Shown here piece by piece: positions 28,867 to 37,002 of a stretch of 41,061 bases of DNA. The stretch is from Mycoplasmatota bacterium (lineage in GTDB: Bacteria; Bacillota_I; Bacilli_A; RF39; UBA660): NCBI GenBank assembly GCA_022768045.1, contig JALEND010000032.1, positions 1-41,061 on the forward strand, written 5' to 3'. Positions within the stretch are counted from its first letter, which is position 1, and the number at the start of each line of letters is the position of its first letter. Made by a program: the position numbers and the translations under genes. The notes under the pieces are model-generated. The model worked only from the letters and a program-made list of their open reading frames with translations, was not told where the DNA came from and made no database searches.

Positions 28867-30093
28867 ATTATTCCACCTATATCCTGAACCTACACCAGGT
28901 CTTGACCCATTCATAGGATAAGTACCAATTGGGTATTCTACCACGTGAGATTTATAACCTGTATAATAATCTTTATAATAATATCCTGTTGAAAAGGCAA
29001 CGTGTAAGTGAGGTGGCATCCTATAACTAGTATAATATTCCTTACCAGTGTTACCTACAAGACCAATTACCGTATCTTTATATACATCTTGACCTTCTGA
29101 TACACTTATTTTTGATAAATGACAGTACCATGTTGTATATTTTTTACCATTTACATAATGCCATACAAATACTTGGTTTCCACAAGAATCTCCACCTCTT
29201 TTAATAAATCCTACTGTTCCATTTGCAACTGCATAAGCTGGAGTTCCTGCTGCTGCTGAATAATCTGTTCCAAAATGATATCTTCCAAAAGATGAACGAT
29301 ATCCAGGTAAACTAGTTATATAGCTACTAACTAAAGGCCTATACCAGTCTGTACCAGGTGATATGTAAGAAACGTTTCCTCCTCCACCTGTATTTTTTTT
29401 AGGATATAATCTGCTATAACATTTTGACTGAGTTTCACTTGATTTACATCCCTTAGCCTTTAAATTATCTATAATTTTTTTCATATCACTTATTTCTTGT
29501 GATAAACTTTTTTCATCACTATTTAAAGTAGCAGCTTGATTATTTAATTTTGATAATTCTGTATTCAAATCATTTTGCAACTGCTTTAGTTCTTCTTTCT
29601 TTTGTTTTAGTTCTTCTTTTACTCTATTATTTTGATCTATCATATCATTCATTTCTTTTATTGTTTTTTTATTATAACTTGAAATTTGTTCAGTTATTGA
29701 TAATCTATAAATCAAATCAGTTAAGCTTTCAGCTCCCATAATATACTCAAGCATAGCTGAACCACTAGAAGATACTTGATAATATCTCATTAAATTTTGA
29801 ATTTCTTCATTCTTTTTTACTATCTTTTTTTCTAATTCTTCACTTTCTTTTGTTTTTTCAATTATATCTTTTTCAGCTTTTGATATTTTAGAATTAATTG
29901 TTGATATATTATTTTGAACCTGTTTTATTTCTTCTGCTGTTATTGCTTGTTTTGCTTTATTTTCATCTAATTTTTTTTGTTTTTCATTTAATTCATTTTC
30001 TATCTGACCTATTGTTTTTTCTGCATGTAATGTAGTTATTGGAAGTATAAATGCTATTAAAAATATTATTAATATTGTTATATTTTTCTTCAT
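28861..30093 (-). CDS. Secreted coiled-coil M23 (LytM) peptidoglycan hydrolase, FtsEX-associated
   Basis: Signal/anchor helix, about 200 aa of heptad-rich coiled coil, then an M23 domain with HFGTDY, GNTG and PHLHVAF motifs. The start overlaps the ftsX stop (ATGA). Confidence 0.8.
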   Translation of the reverse strand: MKKNITILIIFLIAFILPITTLHAEKTIGQIENELNEKQKKLDENKAKQAITAEEIKQVQNNISTINSKISKAEKDIIEKTKESEELEKKIVKKNEEIQNLMRYYQVSSSGSAMLEYIMGAESLTDLIYRLSITEQISSYNKKTIKEMNDMIDQNNRVKEELKQKKEELKQLQNDLNTELSKLNNQAATLNSDEKSLSQEISDMKKIIDNLKAKGCKSSETQSKCYSRLYPKKNTGGGGNVSYISPGTDWYRPLVSSYITSLPGYRSSFGRYHFGTDYSAAAGTPAYAVANGTVGFIKRGGDSCGNQVFVWHYVNGKKYTTWYCHLSKISVSEGQDVYKDTVIGLVGNTGKEYYTSYRMPPHLHVAFSTGYYYKDYYTGYKSHVVEYPIGTYPMNGSRPGVGSGYRWNNR

Positions 30094-30992
30094 TATATCT
30101 TTAAATACTTCTTTACTGCTCTATAACTTCCAAACATACCAACTACAATACCTAATCCAACTAAAATTAATGAAATTACATAAACAAATGGTTCAGCAGG
30201 TACTAATTTTATAAATGGAGAGAATAACTGACCACTAAAATGTTTATATAATGCTGAATAGCCATATATAGTAACTATAACAGGTATTAGAGAACCAAGA
30301 AATCCTAAACAAAATCCTTCTATTACAAATGGTTGTTTAATTGAAAAATTTGACGCTCCAACAAGTCTCATAATTTCTATTTCTTTTTTTCTTGAGAAAA
30401 TAGTTATTTTTATTGTATTTGTTATTAAGAATAAAGTTACTAAAACTAGTGCAACCATTGCTATTATAATACCTTTTTCAATAGCTTTAAAAACAGTTAA
30501 TAATTGTTCAACCATACCTTGACCATATTTTACTTCTACAATTCCGCCAATGTCTTTTATTTTATTTGCTGTTTTTGATATTTTGTTAGAATCCTTTACT
30601 TTTATCTGCAATGTATCATATAAAGGATTATTATCATCAGACCATGTATCTATTATACTTGATAAAGTATCTGATGTATCTTTCATTTCTTTTGCAATTT
30701 CTGTTTTTGATTCAAATTTTACACTTTCTACATTATCAAATTTTTCTATTGCTTCTTTTATTTGATCCTCTTGTTCTTTCGTTGAATTAACATCCATAAA
30801 GGCTATTATTGTAAAATCTTCTTTTACTATATTTGTTATATTTTCAACATTAAAAGACACAACTAATGCTATCGCAACTATTAAAAGGGTAATTGCTATA
30901 CATGAAATAGATGCTATTGATAAACTAAAGTTTCTACCAACACTCTTAAATCCATCTCTTATATTTCTTTTTAAAATTCTAAACGCTTTCAT
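30093..30992 (-). CDS. ftsX: Cell-division ABC transporter permease-like protein FtsX
   Basis: 299 aa. TM1, a large extracytoplasmic loop, three C-terminal TMs, EIEIMRLVGASNFSIKQPF motif. Confidence 0.9.
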   Translation of the reverse strand: MKAFRILKRNIRDGFKSVGRNFSLSIASISCIAITLLIVAIALVVSFNVENITNIVKEDFTIIAFMDVNSTKEQEDQIKEAIEKFDNVESVKFESKTEIAKEMKDTSDTLSSIIDTWSDDNNPLYDTLQIKVKDSNKISKTANKIKDIGGIVEVKYGQGMVEQLLTVFKAIEKGIIIAMVALVLVTLFLITNTIKITIFSRKKEIEIMRLVGASNFSIKQPFVIEGFCLGFLGSLIPVIVTIYGYSALYKHFSGQLFSPFIKLVPAEPFVYVISLILVGLGIVVGMFGSYRAVKKYLKI

Positions 30993-31674
30993 TTATATAA
31001 GTCCCCTTTTCATAATCTTTTTTTAATTTTCCATTTTCTAAATATATAACTCTCTTTTTCATTTTATCAACCATTTCCCTATCATGTGTTGCCATTACAA
31101 TAGTAGTTCCAAGATCATTTATTTTTTGAATTACTTGCATAACTTCCCAACTAGTATCAGGATCAAGGTTACCAGTTGGCTCATCACAAATTAATAATTT
31201 AGGTGAATTAACAATTGCACGAGCTATTGCAACACGTTGTTGTTCTCCTCCTGATAACTGAGAAGGATAACTCTTTGTCTTTGATTTTAATCCTACTAGT
31301 TCTAATGCCTTAAGTACCTTTTTTCTTATTTCATTTGTTGGTAACCCATATATTTCAAGTGCAAAAGCAACATTTTCATACACAGTTAGTTTTGGAAGCA
31401 ATTTATAGTCTTGAAACACTATACCAATTTTTCTTCTTAACTTATAAACCTTACTATTTTTTACTTTCGCTACATTTATACCACCAAGTATTATTTCACC
31501 ATTAGATGGTCTTTCTTCTCTGTATAACATTTTTATCATTGTTGATTTACCAGAGCCTGATGCACCAATTATAAATACGAATTCTCCTTTTTTAATAGCT
31601 AAATCCATATCATATACAGCATGCACTCCATTTTTATATGTTTTATCAACATTTTTAAATCTTATGAATTCCAC
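30979..31674 (-). CDS. ftsE: Cell-division ATP-binding protein FtsE
   Basis: GASGSGKST Walker [15 protein letters not shown] signature, [12 protein letters not shown] Walker B. Confidence 0.95.
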   Translation of the reverse strand: MEFIRFKNVDKTYKNGVHAVYDMDLAIKKGEFVFIIGASGSGKSTMIKMLYREERPSNGEIILGGINVAKVKNSKVYKLRRKIGIVFQDYKLLPKLTVYENVAFALEIYGLPTNEIRKKVLKALELVGLKSKTKSYPSQLSGGEQQRVAIARAIVNSPKLLICDEPTGNLDPDTSWEVMQVIQKINDLGTTIVMATHDREMVDKMKKRVIYLENGKLKKDYEKGTYINESV

Positions 31675-32578
31675 TTACAACACCTCTTATTCTTCCATAA
31701 GTACCTTCTGCTTGATAAGCATCGGTAGCAACTATTACTGCATTCTCATCTATTTCATGTATTCCTTCTTTAACTCTAAAATATTCGGAAGTCGGAATAA
31801 CACTCATTAACATTTTTCTCTTCTTATTTGAATAACCGCCTACTGTTTCTATTATTGTAACACCAAGATTAAGTGAATTTATTAAGTAATCAACTATTTC
31901 TTCATCTTCTGATGTTGTTATATATAAAGCTTTTGTACTAGCTATTCCAAGAACTACTTTATCAACCATTAAACTTATTATATAAAGTACTATTAGAGCA
32001 TATAAAACTCTTGTCCATCCAAAGAAGAATCCTCCAGCTAAAACTATAAGTCCATCTGTAAACATCATTGATGTTCCAATTGATACTTTAAAATATTTTG
32101 CAAATATCTGATTTAATATATCTGTTCCACCAGTAGTAAATCCTGTTTTAAACACTATACCAGAACCGATTCCCATACATACTCCACCAATTATTGCTAT
32201 TAATAGTAAATTATCATTTGATATTGAAAATACATCTCCAATATTACGTGTCAAGTATATAAATAAAGGATATAATAGAGAACCAACAAGAGATTTTAAT
32301 GATTCTTTTTTACCAAGTGCTATAAAACTTATAATTAATAAAATTAAAGTTAATATAACAATCATTAAAGTAGGATCTATTAATTTTTTTGTTATAATTG
32401 CAATACCTGCAACACCACCATATACTATGTTATTTTTTAAGAAAAACAAATTATAAGCAATAGCATATAGCAAAACTCCACATATTAATAAAATATATCT
32501 TTTTAATAAGTGTGCATGTTCAACTATTCTTAATATTCTGTCACTATGCTTACGTCTAAATCTACTAAATATTCTCAT
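31655..32578 (-). CDS. YitT-family membrane protein (DUF2179 C-terminal domain)
   Basis: Multi-TM N-terminal region with GGTDIL motif and a C-terminal soluble domain ...VTIIETVGGYSNKKRKMLMSVIPTSEY. Confidence 0.8.
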   Translation of the reverse strand: MRIFSRFRRKHSDRILRIVEHAHLLKRYILLICGVLLYAIAYNLFFLKNNIVYGGVAGIAIITKKLIDPTLMIVILTLILLIISFIALGKKESLKSLVGSLLYPLFIYLTRNIGDVFSISNDNLLLIAIIGGVCMGIGSGIVFKTGFTTGGTDILNQIFAKYFKVSIGTSMMFTDGLIVLAGGFFFGWTRVLYALIVLYIISLMVDKVVLGIASTKALYITTSEDEEIVDYLINSLNLGVTIIETVGGYSNKKRKMLMSVIPTSEYFRVKEGIHEIDENAVIVATDAYQAEGTYGRIRGVVSGIHKI

Positions 32579-33657
32579 CTTTTTTCTCCCTCTTTAAATA
32601 GCTATCAATAAATTCATCTATATAACCATCTAAAACTTTATTAATATTTGATGTTTCATACCCTGTTCTATGATCTTTTATTAATGAATAAGGATGAAGT
32701 ACATAACTCCTTATTTGAGATCCAAATTCTATATTATTACTACCTTTTAATTCATTTATTTTTGATTGTTTTTCTTGTAATTTTATATTATAAATTTTGC
32801 TTTTTAATACATTTAAAGCTGTTTCCTTGTTTTTTATTTGGCTTCTCTCATTTTGACAAGTTACAACTAAATTCATCGGTAAATAAGTAATTCTTACAGC
32901 ACTATCCGTGGTGTTTACACCTTGTCCTCCTGCTCCACTACTTCTATAAACGTCTATTTTTAAATCAGTTTCTTTTATTTCCATATCAATTGCATCATTA
33001 AATTCTGGTATAACATCAACTGCTGCAAATGAAGTATGTCTTCTATTATTGGAATCAAATGGTGATAATCTAACTAATCTATGAACACCTTTTTCTGATT
33101 TTAAGTATCCATAACAGAATTTTCCTTTTACTAAGTAAACAATACTTTTAATGCCTGCCTCATCACCCTTTTGTTCTGACAAAACTTCATACTTATACTT
33201 TTTTTTATCAAAATACTTAGTATACATTCTAGATAACATAAGAGCCCAATCACAACTTTCTGTTCCACCTGCACCTGCATGAATTTCAAATATAGCATTA
33301 TTTTTATCATATTTACCATTTAAATAAGCTAATGTACTTAACTTTTCTAACTCTTTATTTATTGAAATAACATCATTTTTTAGTTCATTTATAAACTCTT
33401 CTTTTTCTAGCATCTCATAATATTCTTCTATATCATTTATCTTCTTTTTTAGTTCAATTACTGGTTTAATAACCTCATTATTTGAACTTAATTTCTGCAC
33501 TAAAGTATTAGAATCATTTCTATCCCAAAATGAACTTTCTTTCATGTCTTCTTCTATTTTTTTATTCTCATTAATTAGTGAATCAACGTCAAAGATTCCT
33601 CCATATTAAATCGAATTTTTGTTTCATTTTATTAATATCTTCTATATTAAATTCCAT
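32565..33657 (-). CDS. prfB: Peptide chain release factor 2, with programmed +1 frameshift
   Basis: ORF0 runs from ATG 33657: MEFNIEDINKMKQKFDLIWRNL-UGA. The site is GGAGGAAUCUU UGA C (CUU 33594-33592, UGA 33591-33589). The +1 frame from GAC 33590 joins the track ORF (DVDSLINENKKIEEDMKESSFW...). SPF and GGQ (SGAGGQGVN) motifs are present. Confidence 0.95.
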
Positions 33658-33794
33658 ATCATCACCTATTTTAATTATAACACGTAATATTTAATATGTA
33701 AATTAATCTTATTTAATATATTGTTTTAACATTTTCCACTATTTGCATTTATATTATATAAATCTTAATCTTTATTTATTTTGAAATTTAAAAT

Positions 33795-33821
33795 CTTTAA
33801 AACCCAACATTTTGTTGGGCT
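33795..33821 (-). terminator. Rho-independent terminator upstream of the prfB operon
   Basis: GCCCAAC-aaaa-(U)GUUGGG(U) followed by UUUAAAGAUUUU on the minus strand. Confidence 0.6.
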
Positions 33822-34061
33822 TTAAGTATTATGAACAATTTAAATTAAAATTAAGTGGTATTTTATGAGTTATATTTTTTTCTTATCATTACTCATTTGT
33901 ATTTCTAAATATAAATCACCAGTTTTAAATTTTTTACAAAGTTTAGAATAATTATCCACATTAAAAGAAACTTTTTTTAAAAATTCTTCTAATGAAATTT
34001 TATCACCTTCATAAGTATAAGAAGATACTTCTTTTGTTACTAACACTATAAAATTAATTTT

Positions 34062-34532
34062 CTATTTTTTATAATTAAAAATAACTGGTGATATACCACA
34101 TGCTTGCGTATAAGGTATATTATTATTAGGTTCTATTTTATAAAAATAACAAATAAATGCAGAAATGTTAACACCACTTGTAACACAAATAATAGTATCA
34201 TCTTCTTCATATTTTTTTACAATATCATCTATAGCTTGCATATTAAGTTTTAAAGCCTCTTTCCACTCCATATTAATCTCATTAAATCTATCATCAAAAT
34301 ATATTGGTGCATTAATGTTTTGATTTATTATCTGAGCTGTATGTAAACACCTTTTATATGGAGAAGTTATAATGGCTTTTATTTTAAATTTTTTTAACGT
34401 TTCTGAAAATAAGGTTGCTTCTTTTATTCCTCTTTCAGTAATATCATCTTCCTGCATTAATTTTGAATCAACTATATTCTCATTTCTATCCCTTTCAGCA
34501 TGATGAACATAAATTATTTTCATTCTTATCAA
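34062..34532 (-). CDS. Histidine phosphatase (phosphoglycerate mutase-like) superfamily protein, with altered catalytic motifs
   Basis: IIYVHHAERD aligns with the l.RHGE. motif, ITERGIKEA..., ITSPYKRCLHTAQ (SP..R...TA block), ICVTSGVNISAF in place of V(S/T)HG. Confidence 0.6.
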   Translation of the reverse strand: MIRMKIIYVHHAERDRNENIVDSKLMQEDDITERGIKEATLFSETLKKFKIKAIITSPYKRCLHTAQIINQNINAPIYFDDRFNEINMEWKEALKLNMQAIDDIVKKYEEDDTIICVTSGVNISAFICYFYKIEPNNNIPYTQACGISPVIFNYKK

Positions 34533-34601
34533 CTCCTTATATTATTATACTTTTAATCTCTTATTTATAACTTTTTTGAAATTATATTTCTTTTTCTAAT
34601 T

Positions 34602-35840
34602 TTATTTAAAATTAACCTTTAGAAATACTTTTTTACCCTTTTGAAGAATTAATGAATTATCAGTTAAATCTTTATCAGTTATTGTTTGATTTATTGAACT
34701 AATTTTTTCTTGGTTAAGTGATATACCATTTTGTTCTATTAACCTTCTAGCTTCTGACTTAGATGTTACTAATTTAGATGCAACAAGTAAATCAATTATA
34801 TTAATATTTAATAAATCTTTAGATAATTCTGTACTTGGCATATTTTCTGATACACCTTTGTTACTAAATAATTCTTCTGCTGTCTTTTGAGCTTTTAAAG
34901 CTTCCTCTTCTCCATGAACTAATTTAGTCACTTCAAATGCTAATAACTTTTTAGCTTCTCTAATATCCTTTTTACAAAGTTCTTTAATATCAGATATTTC
35001 CATTCTTGTAAAGAAAGATAAGCTTCTTTCTACATCTTCATCAAATGAATTAATCCATGCTTGAAAAAAGTCAAATGGTGTAGTCTTATCTCTTGATACC
35101 CATAATGTACCACTAGCTGTTTTGCCCATTTTTTCACCATCTGCTTTAATTAGTAAAGGACAAGTCCACCCAAATAATGGATCTATTTTTTTATCTTCAC
35201 TAAATCCTATCTTACGTGATAAATCCGCTCCTGCTAAAATATTACCCCATTGATCTGAACCACCGATTTGTAATCTGCAACCAAATTCTTTATTTAAATG
35301 TACAAAGTCAAAAGCTTGCATTAACATGTATCCCATCTCCAAGAATGTTAATCCACCCGTTTCTAATCTCTTTTTGTAGCAATCTGCTGATAGCATATTA
35401 TTGACATTAAAATGAACTCCAATATCTCTCATAAAATCCACATATGTTTTGTCGCAAATCCAATCTGCATTATCTACTATAATAGCAGGATTATCACCAT
35501 CCGTTCTTACAAACCTTTTAACTAGTTCTTTTACTTCAGCTTTATTGTGTGCAACTTCTTCTTTTGATAACATTTTTCTCATATCACTTTTACCTGTTGG
35601 ATCTCCAATTAAAGCAGTAGCTCCACCTATTAATATAATTCCATGATGTCCAAAATCTTGAAGCCATCTAAACATTGTTAATGCAAAGAAGTGCCCTATA
35701 TGTAGACTATCTGCAGTTGGATCAATTCCTAAGTAGAAAGTCATAGGTTCTCCATTAACTAAATCAATAATTTCTTGTTCATGTGTAAGGTTTTTAACAT
35801 AACCTCTTTCTTTTAGAATATCAAATAATTTCTTTTCCAT
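34602..35840 (-). CDS. tyrS: Tyrosine--tRNA ligase
   Basis: GIDPTADSLHIGH (HIGH), KMGKT (KMSKS), C-terminal S4 domain ...SKSEARRLIEQNGISLN. Preceded by a T-box leader. Confidence 0.95.
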   Translation of the reverse strand: MEKKLFDILKERGYVKNLTHEQEIIDLVNGEPMTFYLGIDPTADSLHIGHFFALTMFRWLQDFGHHGIILIGGATALIGDPTGKSDMRKMLSKEEVAHNKAEVKELVKRFVRTDGDNPAIIVDNADWICDKTYVDFMRDIGVHFNVNNMLSADCYKKRLETGGLTFLEMGYMLMQAFDFVHLNKEFGCRLQIGGSDQWGNILAGADLSRKIGFSEDKKIDPLFGWTCPLLIKADGEKMGKTASGTLWVSRDKTTPFDFFQAWINSFDEDVERSLSFFTRMEISDIKELCKKDIREAKKLLAFEVTKLVHGEEEALKAQKTAEELFSNKGVSENMPSTELSKDLLNINIIDLLVASKLVTSKSEARRLIEQNGISLNQEKISSINQTITDKDLTDNSLILQKGKKVFLKVNFK

Positions 35841-35919
35841 TTCTATTTCCTCCTAAATAATTTGTACAGTTAATTAAATTACAATCATCAAAGTAATAAT
35901 AGTAATAGTCACTATCCAT
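35821..35919 (-). CDS. Candidate upstream ORF with five consecutive Tyr codons (32 aa), overlapping the tyrS SD and start
   Basis: AAGGAGGUGA, 5 nt, then ATG 35919: MDSDYYYYYFDDCNLINCTNYLGGNRNGKEII*. The stop is UGA at 35823-35821, 17 nt inside tyrS in another frame. Too short for the ORF track. No homology evidence. Confidence 0.3.
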   Translation of the reverse strand: MDSDYYYYYFDDCNLINCTNYLGGNRNGKEII

Positions 35920-35934
35920 ACAAATCACCTCCTT

Positions 35935-36155
35935 GAAAATAAAAAAGAGCAATCAATCCATAAAGGACGAATTGCTCGTGGTACCACCTTTGTTTGTAAT
36001 AATAGTTTATTACCTCTTATTGATAACGGATACTATCCGACTTAAAATCATCATTTGTAATTCATCATCTTAATTTTGTTTGTTTCCACCAATCACAAAC
36101 TCTCTATAAATTATATTAAAATAATTACTTCGAACGAATCGCTTTTTAATTAACT
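35935..36155 (-). promoter_or_regulatory. T-box riboswitch leader (Tyr specifier candidate UAC) with intrinsic terminator
   Basis: Minus strand carries AGAGAG...UGGUGGAAAC stem-I elements, GAAUUACAAAU (UAC followed by A), and the conserved T-box AAAGGUGGUACCACG (35977-35991). The terminator is GAGCAAU...AUUGCUC (35947-35977) followed by UUUUUUAUUUU. Confidence 0.85.
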
Positions 36156-36161
36156 AACATA

Positions 36162-36190
36162 ATTGTACTATATTTTATGCTTTTTTGCAA
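36162..36190 (-). promoter_or_regulatory. Sigma-A type promoter for the tyrS T-box leader
   Basis: TTGCAA (36185-36190), 17-nt spacer, TACAAT (36162-36167) on the minus strand. The -35 lies inside SEC-C tail remnant copy A. Confidence 0.5.
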
Positions 36191-36290
36191 ATCCGATGAC
36201 TTTTATATTTTTTCACCGAACCACATTGTAAAATATTAAAACAATCGATTAATTTTTCCTTTTAAATTGTTATTTTTTATTTTAATTTAA
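36175..36290 (-). repeat. SEC-C-tail module, copy A (decayed)
   Basis: Minus-strand reading: NKK*QFKRK(K)LIDCFNILQCGSVKKYKSHRICKKA*. There is a 1-nt loss in an A-run relative to copy D and about 75 nt of collinear similarity to copy D. It starts at the stop of the NTPase pseudogene. Confidence 0.6.
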
Positions 36291-36833
36291 TAATTTTTTA
36301 TAATTTGATTCAAAATTCAGTAAAGTTTGCATTGCGCTTATAACTGCTGAAGATTCAAATACATCTCTTCTGTAATACCCATTTGTAAGATATCCAGTTA
36401 TTCCGTTATCCTTTTTATTATTACTATTATTAAGAATATTTTCAATAACTTTATTCAAAGAGTTTCCATCCTTAACATAATTAAACATTCTTTCAGTAAT
36501 TTGAAGTCCATTTGATTTACCAATAAATTCATTACCATTTTTATCTAATATTGATGCATAAGTAACAATAAAATATGTATTATCTATCTTCTCATATACA
36601 CCTTCAATACTTACTAATAAATCAAAAGAAATATCGTTTTCTACGCAATAATTATATAAATTTTTATTTCTGTTTCTTGCTCCTATTAGGGTTTAATCAT
36701 TAATAGGTTTAGAATTTACTTGAGAATTAACACTAACAGGGATAATAGAAACATCATCAAAACCTAATTCTTTCATTGCAATTAAAATTGATCTTTGTTT
36801 GGAAACATTTGTAGAACCTAAAATTATTTTCAT
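36282..36833 (-). pseudogene. YjjX/DUF84-type non-canonical purine NTP phosphatase, interrupted by one in-frame TAA
   Basis: ATG 36833: MKIILGSTNVSKQRSILIAMKELGF...SKPIND-TAA(36695-36693)-TLIGARNRNKNLY...GITGYLTNGYYRRDVFESSAVISAMQ. A single frame runs throughout (36833-36695 and 36833-36488 are both multiples of 3). Confidence 0.7.
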
Positions 36834-36865
36834 ACTTTTTCCTTTCTAATTTTTTATAAAACAAA

Positions 36866-36919
36866 CTATTTACCACAACATTGTTTATATTTCTTTGCGC
36901 TGCCACAAGGCCTTTGATA
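36866..36919 (-). repeat. SEC-C-tail module, copy B
   Basis: The minus strand reads (TAA)YQRPCGSAKKYKQCCGK-TAG with no start codon. The stop-proximal 15 nt (plus strand ctatttaccacaaca) are identical to copy D. Confidence 0.75.
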
Positions 36920-37002
36920 TTATGGATTTTGGGAGTACTCCGCAGCACTCAGTAACCCTAGCAGAACTTATCTAATGTAAATGTTAAATATTTTTGCAGA
37001 AT

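Noticed and set aside
33952-33960. Perfect DnaA-box 9-mers TTATCCACA at 33952-33960 and 10665-10673, considered as oriC signals given the origin-proximal gene set.
   Set aside because: There are two isolated copies, one inside mscS and one in a spacer. They are not clustered, no AT-rich unwinding element is arranged with them, and dnaA/dnaN are not nearby. This is compatible with chance in an AT-rich window of this size.
33870-34046. Minus-strand 58-aa ORF (VLVTKEVSSYTYEGDKISLEEFLKKVSFNVDNYSKLCKKFKTGDLYLEIQMSNDKKKI*) between the phosphatase-like gene and the prfB-operon terminator.
   Set aside because: It has only a GTG start, no SD, and falls below the track cut-off with no recognisable family. 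It may be a real small gene or a C-terminal remnant, but I cannot support either.
36693-36695. In-frame TAA in the NTPase gene as stop-codon recoding or readthrough.
   Set aside because: TAA is used as an ordinary terminator by many genes in this window, for example the PEP-utilising gene's upstream neighbour and the GNAT. No recoding context is evident, so a nonsense mutation is the simpler reading.
36757-36948. Track ORF of 63 aa (MLRSTPKIHNIKGLVAAQRNINN...).
   Set aside because: - It starts at a non-ATG codon.
- It spans SEC-C remnant copy B in the wrong frame and runs into the start of the NTPase pseudogene.
- It is better explained as chance openness across those two elements.
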